From Balanoglossus misakiensis (Eukaryota; Animalia; Hemichordata): 64,000 nt of DNA. The stretch spans positions 7,686,849-7,750,848 of the forward strand of contig CM082583.2 in NCBI GenBank assembly GCA_040954595.2. Direction: 5' to 3'. Of this stretch, positions 11,671-24,600 are shown piece after piece; within the stretch, counting starts at the first letter, position 1, and each line of letters starts with the position of its first letter. The position numbers and the translations under genes are program-made. A model generated the notes under the pieces. It searched no databases, was not told where the DNA came from, and worked only from the letters and a program-made list of their open reading frames with translations.

Positions 11671-14600
11671 CATAGTTCTGTGTGGAAATCTGTCAAAATG
11701 TCATCGCTTCTTCCATCTGACCATTTTCTAATACCTTCCGGCAACCTGTCTAGACAAACCGTATTATACATGTATTCCCAGGGATCCACAGCCGACGTTG
11801 TGGGGATTTGGCATTACATTCATTGTCGCCAGGTTTACGATAGGGGCCGTGAAGACGACCAACCTCAGAGATTGGCGTTGATGTGCATACGAGATGTTGC
11901 TTAAGCAAAGTTTGGAGTCATTACAGCTTTTAAGACAATGATTACCGAACTTGCCTTGTAGTCTAACCATTACAGTACTACATGTATTATCAAGGTACTC
12001 GAATGTATCTAGGCTACTACATGTAAGTGATAAATGACATGAAAAAATTGAACTAACCGCTATTTCTACTCAGAAAGCATCATTAATAGGTGCGTCACAT
12101 AGGCCCAGCTCACGCTGCGAACTGTCTTTGCTGAAAGCGCACATCACAGAGACCCAGCTACGTTCTACGCACATCGGCATCAGATAGCCGTCGCACGCGG
12201 CGCTGTTTCCTGGTCCGTGCATGGACCCTGGGGGAACTCCGGGGTCCACGGTTCGTTGCATTTAAGACGACCGCCCCCTCTGGTGGGTTTCTCATTAGAG
12301 TGCCGATAAGATGACGACTCTTCGAGCGAGACAGCAGTGCGCCGTCGCACTGATTGGATCATTTGCCACGCTCGCTTTCCTAGAAACCATTGACCTTTTC
12401 TTTCATGACGACAGCGCTTCATACAAGATCGGGCGTTGGCGGGTTATCAAGGCGACGCTGACCGACCAAAAAGGAATTTCAAAATGATCGCTTCAGAGAA
12501 AATAAAATTGCGCAGGATGCATATGGTAGGGGGATATCGTAATGGTATCGGCTACTTTTATGCGATACTGAACGAATACATAAAATTTATTGCATTATTG
12601 TCAACGTTGAATCAAATCAACCGACTCTTTACAGCGGCCGACAATATATTTAAATTCTTAGTCAAGGTAATTACAGTGCATATTCTATCAGTTTTGCAAC
12701 TATTAGAATAGATTTTCCCCCCCAGAACAAATCGAAAAAGACATTTCATGTATGTATTCATTTCCGCCAGAAGAACGTGGGGCCAATTTGCGTTCGCTGC
12801 GAATACGGTGTGTTACCAGAGCTCTTATCATTTCACGGGTAGTTTCAACTTATAGCTTTCTGCCAGATCGGCTAGGATTGAAATCGCGATATTTATGATC
12901 ACATATCATAGATTTGATGACCGAGTGGTGTCTTTAAAATTATAAAGAAATAATTAGAGTTAGTTTAGCTTTCCGAGACATTTTAAATACCATTAAATTT
13001 GATCTGTTGATTTCCGCTATAGGCGTGGTACAGTTCCGGTCGCATTATGCATAAGTCGCATGTCCATTTTTGGTGTTATTTTAAACGTGAGATGTTTGTT
13101 GAAACCTACTCTGGAGTCACACAGCTGGCATGCAGATATAACAGATTCGGCCAAAATGAATTTCCTGGAAAAATTATTCATAATAATCACGATGCTGTGC
13201 GTGCGTATTTGCTCAGCGTCTGGGGCTACCGAATGAGTTACCAAGGGCATATTTTTAAAAAGAAAACGACCTTGCCTCTTTAATGAACGATTTGAAAAAC
13301 ATTTCACGCATTCAGACGCATTTAAATGTCTCGGCCACCCACGATAAGTCGATCACGCGGGCAATTGAACCCACTGAAACGCCTTTACTGTTGGCTATAT
13401 AGACGCGGAAAGACCCGGCGAAAAGAGAATGCCAGTCCGTTAATTTGCATTGGCGACTGTTATTAGCCAATTGACTGGGTGAATAACACGGTGTGCAATG
13501 CAGTGTACAAAATGTCCCAGAATTTGAATTGCAAGGAGCGGATTTTGAGGCAAACTATAGACGACGAAGGATTTCACTGAACATGGTGAACCTTACAGAT
13601 TGTAGAATGTGCCCTAGATAGCCTGTAGTAAACTGGAAGTTCCGTTGCGACTCCAGGCGCCCTCTTTCCCCCTGAGAGGGGTAGTGTCTCGACGGACATG
13701 CTGTCCATGTCGTCAACATGCAGGCCAGCCCAAGGACGCTTTTTTTCCATCGAAACAAACGAATTTCCGAGAACATACTTTTGACACGTGTCATCTTTTA
13801 AATGCGTGTGGACATAGCTGTAATTATATGATAACTAAGACCCGTGTTGTTCTTGTCAAACTTGTAGGATTTAAACAGTCGGTCGCAGAATAGCCTTGTG
13901 CATTTATATTCACGGAGTTAAAAGTCAAATTAGCGTGACACGTATCTCCCTTTCCGGTTCATTAAATCTCAATACGGAATTATCATCATACCATCGGTTA
14001 AATTCAGTAGACACAGTCGCAGCGGGGAATTTATAGGGGGTAATTGATTGCGTTCAACCACGACGTGATTGATATTTGCACTGTAATATGACGCGAAAGG
14101 TACCTGTATATATCAACTCCAGACCTTGAGTTCGTGTGCTGGTCTGTACCAGGCATAGACTGAATATGCTCCCGTATCACGATTTTTGCCTTAAAACAAT
14201 ACGTGCGAGATAAAGTTGGGTATGCATATCCCTGACAATTAACGTGGACTGATCAAAAAGATTCCAGTTTCCACTGTCTTCACCTATTTCCATAATATTA
14301 CCGACTGTCTCAGTCAGCTGGTAGTTCTATAAAAAACATCCCACAAGCTTATGACTTATGGATATTCGCCACAAAAAAATGTGTGCTTCAGGATGAAGTC
14401 ACCCAGAATGGCTAGAAAAGATTCAGAATATATTCATCAACATACATGTACGGATAAGTTCACAATGCCCTAGTTCCGTCGTTTGCCGCGACGTCGTAAG
14501 TGACGTGGTATTTTACGATAATGATTAATTAATGTTAATTAAGCATCGTTAAAGAACGTTTTACCACCCCCATTAGTTTGTAGCAGATGGCTGGATGACC

Positions 14601-16089
14601 AATGTCAGTTGTAAGCCAATAAGCCAAAATGCATCAAATGAAGGTGACGGTTATAAATGGTATACTAATCGCTAGACAGTAAATTTAAATACATTTATTC
14701 AGTGAGGTGAATACATAATCTCACAGTACCAGTTTGGTTTATATACACGTTAAGGATTATTTGTATAACTGACATCGCATGTAATAACACCCTATTAGTT
14801 CTGCTGTGCAGTGGTGGGGGCGCTGTTTAAATATCAGCACTGTTATAGTTTGAATACGGCCGATGCTGAAAACGTCTATACATGTAGTTCAGTGTGAGTT
14901 GCATATGTCATAACCGACACAGGCAATTACGAGACGATCATGTCATCAACGACATCGCTTGCATTGTTAAAAGAATGTGTGTACTTTAGAGCCAGTGAGG
15001 GCAAAACTGAGTATCGTGCGAAAGGGAAATGCATAACAAATCGGCGCTACTGTGAGACCTTGGGGGAAGCTGCTTCGAGTATGCAGATTACAATCTTGGG
15101 GCTGTCTGGGAAGCTCGTCATCGTTTTACGTCACGAACGTGCATGTGAATGCGGCGATTCCCATCTATCTGACCCCGTTGTGCCAACTGAGTCTGAAACG
15201 GCTGTTATGTATCGGTCTGCGGGGAAATGCAGTCATCTTTCTCACGCACAACGCAACTTCCGATCATTCTTTTTACCATTGGACATTTGAAAGGGCTGAT
15301 ATTTGCCTCTTTATTTGTCTATTACATGGTAATACACACGGTTATGCCAGACGCAAAGAAACCACTCACAGTAGAGTGTTTAGAAACGCACGGTGATGAC
15401 CCCATGGCGGAAATGCAATATATCATTGTCATTACCGACATTTACTGTGTTTCGTAGTTATTCTTCCGCGCAAATATCATAATACTGCGGATTTGCCTCG
15501 GCTTCTGTTCGCTCGTCATCTTGGCGGATCGCCGAGGCTAGCCGTTGGCTGCGGTGTGTTATTCGAGACCTGGCGCCCAGACGTTTCCCCCCATCGCACT
15601 TTTGATTTCCCCTTTGGTTATCGTGCAGAGAACGGGAAACACGACAACGACGATCAGTATCCGCGCCACTTCAGGGAGGTGTTGTATTTTTCTTCCCAAG
15701 GGGTGAGCGATCCGCATCTTTGTTATGGAGTCTTGCACGACCAAGACGCCGCGAGTCCATTTTCGGTCCGTATGGTCGGATTTCCTCCTCATGTCCGTAA
15801 ATTAGCAACCCGCTTTTCAAGCCGGTTCGAGCAGACTGAATTTAAGCATGACACACGTATTCGCACTCAAATGAAACACGGTATCGCGTATACGGTTTGA
15901 CTTGAGAAACAAAGTTGTTATACTGCTCTCTCAATCGGAAAACGACCCATAGGAAATGTTCCTTGCTTGTTTAGAATGTTATCGGCAAAACATATCTCGA
16001 AACCAGTACCCGGATGTTGGATAACTGGCTCTCAGTTTAATAAGGCAACACGTGACCGCGTCGAGCCTTTCTACATAACGGCGTACGCA

Positions 16090-16249
16090 TATAAATTCAC
16101 CGCCAGATTCACTGTCCAGGCTTAAGAACCACAACGCCGCACTTTCTGCGTCTCTCCAGAAGTGACTGGGAGAAAATTCAATTGACTGTTGGCATCACGG
16201 ATTTACAGAGCTTTACATCTCCGATCAGAGAGATTCTACAATCGTAAGT
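16090..16249 (+). promoter_or_regulatory. Putative TATA box and non-coding 5' exon of GPCR-1
   Basis: TATAAA at 16090-16095 downstream of a CpG-rich segment (15480-15900). Donor GTAAGT at 16244-16249. Pyrimidine-rich acceptor cgccttttcag at 17363-17373. Confidence 0.45.
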
Positions 16250-17502
16250 ACATTTACATGTACTCGGCGTTTTACTGTACTGAGGTCTTTGGGGTCTTAG
16301 ATTTAAACGTGGACAAGGAAGGAGAACGCGCAAGTTTCATGTATACAGTATAACCATATTACCGAACGTGCCCGCGTTTTTCTGATTGCAATGTGATGGG
16401 GAAGAATAAGCGGTTAAACTTCTAGCATCGCACCCCAAGGATTTGTTTCTATTGACTAAAATTCACTCCAGAAAATGCAAGCCGACAACTTCACACGTCG
16501 GACAAAAACGTACCAAACGTGGCACGATTTTAAACACGAACATAAACCAGGAATACAACTGATGACTCACCGTCGATGTCACAGTCGCTACTTGTAACCT
16601 AGGCAACAATTTTGAATCACTGAATCAAGTCGAAATGATGGCCGCTTGGTGCTCTTATTTGCCAATCTGTCAAACATATATTCGCCATGATAGTGTATTT
16701 GTCAGTGCAAAAAAACTAATCTTGATAGCCATATTGCATAATGAAAGAAAACGACGAGAATATGTATACTATAATATCTTAGTCCTTTTAGCAAGCTTGA
16801 GTGAAAGGTATGTCTCAGAAATGTCTTCTGTCGCACACAGACGGACACTGAGTCCTATCCAGGAGATGTTCTTCCGTGAGTCCGTAGGGACTCGTAGTTT
16901 CATTGGCGCTTGGATGTTAAATCACAACAAGGCGAGCTTTCTTGCTGTGTTCTCGGAAAAAGAAAACATTAATGGTATTTTTTGTGAGGCGTGATTGAAG
17001 ATGTCCCGGGGGATTCATAAATAATATCGCCATAAAGAGTCGCAAATTATATGTTCATGTGAGCATGGCAACAATTTCTCTTGCTAACAATTACTTTTTA
17101 TCGAACTTGAACCTGAAACGTTGATTGAAGAGAGGAAAGTTCACACCTAGTCTATTCTTACTTTAAACAATCACCATTTCTGGAGAAAATATATCAATAT
17201 TTATCTGTTGAAACACCTTCTGCTTGTGCAAAGAAAGGCGTATTTTGTTAATTTTGTAGTCTTTTAGGCAGCAGGAAATTGCATAGCTAATTTGAATGCA
17301 ATATCTTCTTGGCGATTATAACGCCCACTCTACGACAACAACCGTCACTCATTAAAATCCATCGCCTTTTCAGATCGCTTCAACAGGACATCTGCAATAA
17401 ACGACGTGGTCACGTGGGAACAGCCAGGTACATGTAATATGTAACTGCTCTGTTGTGTGACTGTGCCGAGGCAGCTGCAAGTCCAAGGTCTCCTGTCTGT
17501 TA

Positions 17503-18699
17503 ATGCAAGTCATTAAGCCTTTCTTAAATATGGTCTGGAACGCCACCCTTGTCAGTCAGAGTATGGAATCATATTCAGCTTTGAACGAGACCGATTACTT
17601 CGACAATGAAGGACTGGGAGTTCTGCCGCCTTGGGTTTTCCACTTATTCATACCGATCTATTACAGCATCGTCTGCATCAGCGGTCTGGTGGGCAATGGC
17701 CTAGTCATATTTGTCCTGGTCAGGTACCCCGTCATGAAAGTGGTTCCCAATGTCTACATCCTCAACCTCGCTTCGGCGGACGCGCTCTTCTTGATGGGTC
17801 TGCCCTTCCTCGCCTACTTCAACACCACGGGCAAGTGGGTGTTCGGGGACAGCATGTGCCGCCTGATCATCGTCATAGACGGTATGAACATGTTCACGGG
17901 GATATTTACGCTGACCGCGATGAGTATCGACCGGTACGTTGCTATCGTGCACCCGGTGTGGTCGAGACGACACCGCACGGTCACCAAGGCGAGGATAGTT
18001 TGCCTCGTGTTGTGGGTTCTCTCGGCCGCCGCAACCGTACCATTTTGGATATATGCCGGGACATTGACGTTCGGTGACATCACAGTGTGCAATGTCATGT
18101 GTCCGCCGTCTGTCCAACGGATCTACATAATCTGTACGTTCATTGCTGGTTTTGGCCTTCCGATAACCATCATAACAATATTCTACGTGCAGATCCTTGC
18201 CTATCTTGTCACTGGGACTCGACATCGGAGGGTTCGAATAGGGAGAGTCGGTGTGATGATACTGCTTGCTGTTGCTCTCTTTCTCTTTTGTTGGGTGCCC
18301 TTTTGGACTGTACAGCTGATGATCACGCTAGTTAAGCCCGAGAATCGCACGAAGAGCCTGAAAATCTCCTACTTCTTCAGCCCTTTCCTGACCTATGCCA
18401 ACAGTTGCCTCAACCCGGTGGTTTACACGTACGTGCGACAGGACTTTCGACAGTTCTTCTTGAAGATATTTCGCGGGCAGACGAGCATCGCTCGGAGACT
18501 CGAGTCCAACGGCCGGAGCTTCAACTACAGCGCCAGCAACACGCAACTGCAGACGCCCTCGCAAGCCATCCCCTCCGCATCCAATACCGCGATCACTTTG
18601 ACTCTCCGAAGCAGCGTTTACAACAAGCCGGGCGACGAGGAATTGGGGAAGTGGTCTGAGAACATTAACGGCAGCTCAGATCTTGAAATTACTATGTAA
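17503..18699 (+). CDS. Class A peptide GPCR, somatostatin/allatostatin-C/opioid receptor-like (paralog 1), intronless CDS
   Basis: 398-aa ORF with 7 hydrophobic helices and motifs GN(TM1), NLASAD(TM2), WVFG..C, DGMNMFTGIFTLTAMSIDRY, ECL2 Cys, CWVPFW, YANSCLNPVVY. The true start may be ATG 17530 or 17563; the latter aligns with the paralog start. Confidence 0.95.
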   Translation: MQVIKPFLNMVWNATLVSQSMESYSALNETDYFDNEGLGVLPPWVFHLFIPIYYSIVCISGLVGNGLVIFVLVRYPVMKVVPNVYILNLASADALFLMGLPFLAYFNTTGKWVFGDSMCRLIIVIDGMNMFTGIFTLTAMSIDRYVAIVHPVWSRRHRTVTKARIVCLVLWVLSAAATVPFWIYAGTLTFGDITVCNVMCPPSVQRIYIICTFIAGFGLPITIITIFYVQILAYLVTGTRHRRVRIGRVGVMILLAVALFLFCWVPFWTVQLMITLVKPENRTKSLKISYFFSPFLTYANSCLNPVVYTYVRQDFRQFFLKIFRGQTSIARRLESNGRSFNYSASNTQLQTPSQAIPSASNTAITLTLRSSVYNKPGDEELGKWSENINGSSDLEITM

Positions 18700-21600
18700 A
18701 GCTGCATTGCAATCCGTGGTAAATGCTCTACAGGGTATACGTGCACGGAGTGGGGAAATAATGCATCTTCGTCGAACCCATCGACAAGGAAAACCGAAGC
18801 AGTCGGTGACTGAAACCGTGTTTTTTGTAACTCTGCTTTACAATCATTGAACACCGGTTTCTATCGCCTTGAGCATGTTTGGTTTATCGCCATTACGCTC
18901 GAAAGAAAAAAAAAACCTTACACTATTATAGAAGTTGCATATATTTTGTTTTGTGCGACGTTTGTACAATGTGTTCCCACACCCCTTCTTCAGATAGCAA
19001 ACATAATGAAAACTGCAAGTCCATTGGTTTCTATGACAAAACCGGACCTCTGCAGAAGGAAATGGGAGTGGAAGGGTGTATACAAGGGGCCAGCGCTATA
19101 TCCCACATCTCATTTCCGAGGAAAGCGAATTTGGTGGCGGCGGCTTGTAAGCAACATGACCTGTAATCTATCAATGGCAGCACCAGCTTGTATTTAATGT
19201 TCACCTATACGATTAAATGAAACAGAAATGCAAGCGCCTGATTTGTTCCGTTTTATTTCACCGTCAGCTGGACATTGTGTTACAAATATTTATTACAATG
19301 ACCTCTTTTGTGCTTATGGCTGCCACACGTGTAGTAAGTGCCGTGGTTTCTGTGCACACTTTCAGTTTAATTTGCTTTGCAAGATTTCACTGGAGTCAAG
19401 TGCTCCACTCCCGCCAATACGATAATCGTATTCACAAAATCGCATTTAGCAAGCTCACGTCAACCCTCACATCATTGACTGACGTGTGGAATGTTTTATG
19501 TCTCATGGTTTACTCAGTTCTTCGCATTGGATCAACTGTCATCCATAATCAATTCATGACTCAAGTCACTCCTTGTTACGTAATTTTCTATTAAGCATTA
19601 TAACCACACGAGTCCATAAATTAATGTTTCTAAGGCGACATACTTAAAATAACAGCGATTTTGGTAAAATATCCACATGATATTGGTATTATTTGTAATT
19701 TTTAGCCAATCTTGATTTATATTTGGTAAGCTTACGGTTCCTATAGCCACAGAATAAACAGATGGAGGAACGCAATTACAGGTATACAGTAGACATGACG
19801 ACAAATGCTATTCACTATGTAATAACTTGGACAGATCTAATTATTCATTGGCTTTTATTCAATACTGTACATTTCAGGATGCGAGGCCTTACGTAAAATG
19901 TAATGTTCAAGCGGCGTTATCTGAATATACCTGCAGGGACAACTTTGGTGAGTTCCATACAAAAAGGTCACATTCATATCTTCTTAGACCTTTTTTTTGC
20001 TTTTTGTTGGCTCAGTACTGGTAAACGTTATAAAACGTGATTTCTGTGAAATTTGTGAGTGCAAATAAAGCAGATTCTACTATACAAGGTAGGGTGCCGA
20101 GACTACCGCTACGCTCAATATAAACAAGCTATTTGTTTAGATAATGCGTCACTGTTCCCACAATTCTTTTATTTGGCGAAATTGCGATGTTTTTTTAACA
20201 ATGAGCAATAAACCGATCCCATAATGTTCCATGGGCATTGTCTGTGATTGCAACCTACTACATTAGCATGTTGTTATAAATCACAGCGATCTTTGTTCTC
20301 GTTACCGACGAGTATTTAACCTTCATCGTAGCGCACACAGTTTTCCTATTTCGGAAACCCGCGATTTTTGGTGTAATTATAATTCATCGAGCAATGCCAA
20401 TTTCCAAACATTTTATCCTGGTCATACGTGAATCCCGCGAAAATTAATACCGCGGCAGGGTTTGCTTTAACTATACTAACGTACGCATTCGATTAAATAA
20501 AAAGAACGTTTCAAAAACAAATTAAAGTGACAACTCGCTGTGCGGCCACTGCTGTCACTTTGAACGGTTAAATTGTGAAGTACAACACATCGTTAACAAT
20601 TCGTGGCACTGACATATTGTGTGCGAGGGTTAGTTGATTTATCCCAGGAACTGAAAACGTCGGTTGAATAGGAAAGGTCTGGAACAGAATCGTTCACGAC
20701 TTTCCATGGCATTATATGTATGTGGCTGGGCAGAAGGTCTTTCGCGTCGTCATTCATCTCTGGTCAATAAGGATTTGATGGATAATTAACCGGCCAGAAG
20801 TCACTGAGTAGGTGATTCTTCGCTCACTGCGAGATCTCGCGATACTTCGTTAATAACCGTGGCAATACAACTTAATTTTTGTAGGTTCGAACTAGAATAG
20901 GTATAGAGTTTAACAAATTAATTAACCTTCGCATAGATAGTTGAAAGAGGTCTGGGGGAATCGTTCCCACCAGGTAGAATGTTTGGCTACATACACGACA
21001 CATGTCCTTTACTTCATATATATATGATACAGTGTTCCTTAATTCAAGCCTCTTTTCCAACCAACGGTTTTATTGCTCCCTAGTTACTCCTTTTAAATAA
21101 AGGCAGAACCGATTTCCAAATTTCCAGATTATTACTGATATTTCCTTTCATAATGATTATAGCAAAAAGAATCGGATATGTCGTATTAGGGCGGGGCACA
21201 ACCACAGCGACTAATTTTCTCAAACAATACAGATGGTTTTTACTGATATGGGAAAATATCCATTGTTTGGGCGCATTTGATAGAAATTGTCAATCCTTCG
21301 CCTCAAAGTGCATTAAGTCACGCGAATTAAGGCTTCAGCGGTACACGCATTACATTTCAATCCCACAAAAATGAGAAAAACTAGGACAGGATCCCATGAA
21401 TCCAGCCTTGTACAATCTCCCTTTAATGGATCAATTTGTCGGGTAATGGCTACTTTTATCGACATGCTTATTCCGAAAACGGACGAAATTTGCTGATTTT
21501 ATCCAACGAATCAGAAGGCTTGTTCATAGTACGCAATGTGTAGTAATGTGTACGTGATGATGTGAGTCTTCTCGTCGTTCTGTGCATTTTTGGCTGACTG

Positions 21601-24600
21601 TGTTGTACTTTGCTGTTTTGTGTTTTTGCATCTAACCATGTAAATGAAATATTAGACCTTCATATCGATAAGGACGATGGCAATTATTTCTGTCAATGCC
21701 GACATCTATGGGGAATATCATATCTTCACAAACGATCATCAAAGTCCAGCTATAAAGGCCATGTCTTCGAAATCATTAAATATGCAAAATAACAATTAAT
21801 TGTCCGAATGTAGGCTACCATGTGATGTTATGATTGATATCTGTAGAAAGTTCATCAAATTTGATAAGCCACAGTTATAATATCTGATTAATGAATCATT
21901 TATAATGCAATTTAGAGTTCAATATCTTAGTCACCCAAAAAAATATATATTTTGAAATTTCTGCAGTTGAAAACATGATGGTCGGGACCCTTCGCGGCAA
22001 ATTATGTATCAATTTCTCGCTCTAAACTGCACGGAAAAGATGGCAATATTGGTCGCTGGTGCATGCTGTAATTTCAATTTCGCTTGAGATGTCATACTCA
22101 AAAGAGAATTCCACTGTACACTGTTGCGCGTAAGTTCGTGAATGCACGGTGCCTAAATGCGCCCAATGTAAAAAGAAAATTGAACCTTTTGCAGGGCATG
22201 TTAATGATTCAAACATTACACAACTATACCACACAGATGTGCAGGTACCTGTAACAATGGAAGAAATAGCGGAGTCTGTACAAACTGAATATCTCAACCC
22301 CGAAGGACAGATGGCTTCATTGTAAATTCACACCGGGTGCCATTCACGATAGTTACACATACATGAGTAATGTTTTAGCCCGTCTCCTGCGATAATTGAA
22401 TATGATATAGAATACAAACAAGACACCCTGTCGCCATATTTTACGCCAAACATTGCTTATAAAGGTAACGGAAATTGCATAACGCATGCAGAGAAGCACA
22501 ATCCTACCATGATAGTTACAATATACCCAACGCAGTTTATCCAAAGGATTCAAGTCGTTAAATTATGTCAGATAGATCCAGGTTTTATACTGGGAGCTTT
22601 AAATTGTCCTCTATTTCTACTTTATGTGTACAGCGTCTTAATGTCGTTTAACAACGAAGGCGTTTAAAAGAAATATATTTTATACTCTAATTAATGTGTC
22701 AATGTACAATATGTGCTGTCTAGTTTACATTTTAATTAAATAGCACTGCGTGTGGTCACGTGTTGCATGGTGGGGACAATACTTTTAGAGAATGTTCAAT
22801 GTGAGATACAGTGAAAGATAACTGGATGAAGCAGTGGGCATCATGTATTTGAGTAATTCAGAGAATACTGGATAAGCAAGAAACCGGATGAATGGTAAAA
22901 ATAAGATGACAGGGGTGATTTCACCGATCATCCCGACTTTCACACTTAGCCCAAGTACATGTAGTGTGTGTAAACACCTTAAATAACACCTTCGAGAAGA
23001 GATGTTAGTTCTCACAGCTCTGCAGGCAATCCACATGAAAGCATGGTACTTAAATACGGCGGAAGATTGAAGTCTATTTGGCCTGTGTGCGTATCGATGT
23101 TTACGATGTTCAAAACGGCCTTGGGGGGGGGGGGGAATAAAATAAAATCTGACACAATAAGGAGAGTCGGATATGCACAGCGGGCGGCATATTTTGTCGA
23201 AGTATATTCAATAGCGTAGAAATAACGATGACAGACTGTCCTTTCGCGAGCAGCGTTATGTTTTTTTTGGCGCGAAAAGTAGCCATCGCTCGATAAGTTC
23301 ATATAGATCATACAAGGACATTGTACGGTACGATATGATGAGATTACGTATTTGAATTAAGCAGACGGTACTGTTATACATTTTTGTGTCTCAGTGACCT
23401 GAAGAGATAGTCTGAGAGATAGCAAGGGAGAAATGGTTAAGACTTTCCAAAGCACGTCGGATAAAATCAAAAACTGATACATCTTAAGGAGTTTCAAGCA
23501 ATCAAACCCGCACGGCCTGATAATGTAGGCCGCATATTTTTTAATCGTCCATTTTAGCTTCCCAGTGTGTTCGCCTAGAACGGATCTTGGGGCACCTACC
23601 ACCCAAGTAGATGCCCCAAGATTCTCAGTGTTTTAAGATTAATATATTATTAACGGATTTGCTATCAGATATTCTATAAATATTAAATGTATAAGGCTTT
23701 TATTGTCTCATGTATCTAAATTGTTTATGTGTAAGAGTGACGTTGTATATTGGAAGAGCTTCAAAATGGCTGGATTCTTCACATAAAATCTTTTATCGCG
23801 GAACGGAAAACTCCTTTACTGGATAAGAGATCTTGCGCATGCTCATAATGAAACCCCTGGGGTTCCGCCATCATGCATTGTCTCAAATAATAAAACACGT
23901 AATATGAAAGATTAGCATAGCTATATAAACAACACGATGACAGCATAATGCTTGGGGCCATTTTCAGAACTGACAAGACACCAAGAATATCACCATAGTT
24001 GCCCCTTATCCGTTCAGACGCCCAGTGATCCATTTCTCGTCTTAATCCCAAAAGTAAACCCAAGTGAATTAAAATGGAAGACGACATCGCCATTGGGCGT
24101 GTATTTCAAACAGTCAAATCTACAGTAGTATGATCCCGTCTGTACATAGGATAATCCGTGTGATTCGTTTGCTATTGTAGTTGTGTCATTGTTAGAAGCA
24201 ATTTATACGTCAGGCTGATGATAAACTTCGGCAATATTTTCATTGGACATGTAAACCGATACAATATTTATGGAACTTGTAGATTTGTGATTCAAGAGCT
24301 TGTCGTGATTGAATTTCATTGTAAATTACATTAAAGTATGAGGGATTGTACATTTGTTAGATCGTTATTGCAAACGTCTTTTCCTCCTTCGAGCTTCATC
24401 TTGTCATTATACACATTGGACACACCTTTCTATACGCCTGTCTGTCGGTTCGGTGGAAATTTTAAAGTTAACTGTTTACATACGATGTGACCGAGTCACT
24501 TTTGAAAGACCGCATCGAAGCATCTCGATCTGAAATGCATTTATGCATGCAATTGAAATTACTCTTCTATTATGAATGCTATTCTAATCTTCCGCCGTGC

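Noticed and set aside
12195-12220. Possible REST/NRSE site (ACAGCGCC half-site on the minus strand)
   Set aside because: The left half-site TCAGCACC is missing.
17631-18659. Alternative-frame and antisense ORFs inside GPCR-1
   Set aside because: Same shadow-frame effect; no recognisable protein features.
22140-22325. Terminal-exon-like segment (ttttgcag|GGCATG...QMASL*)
   Set aside because: No recognisable homology or linked upstream exons; cannot be supported.
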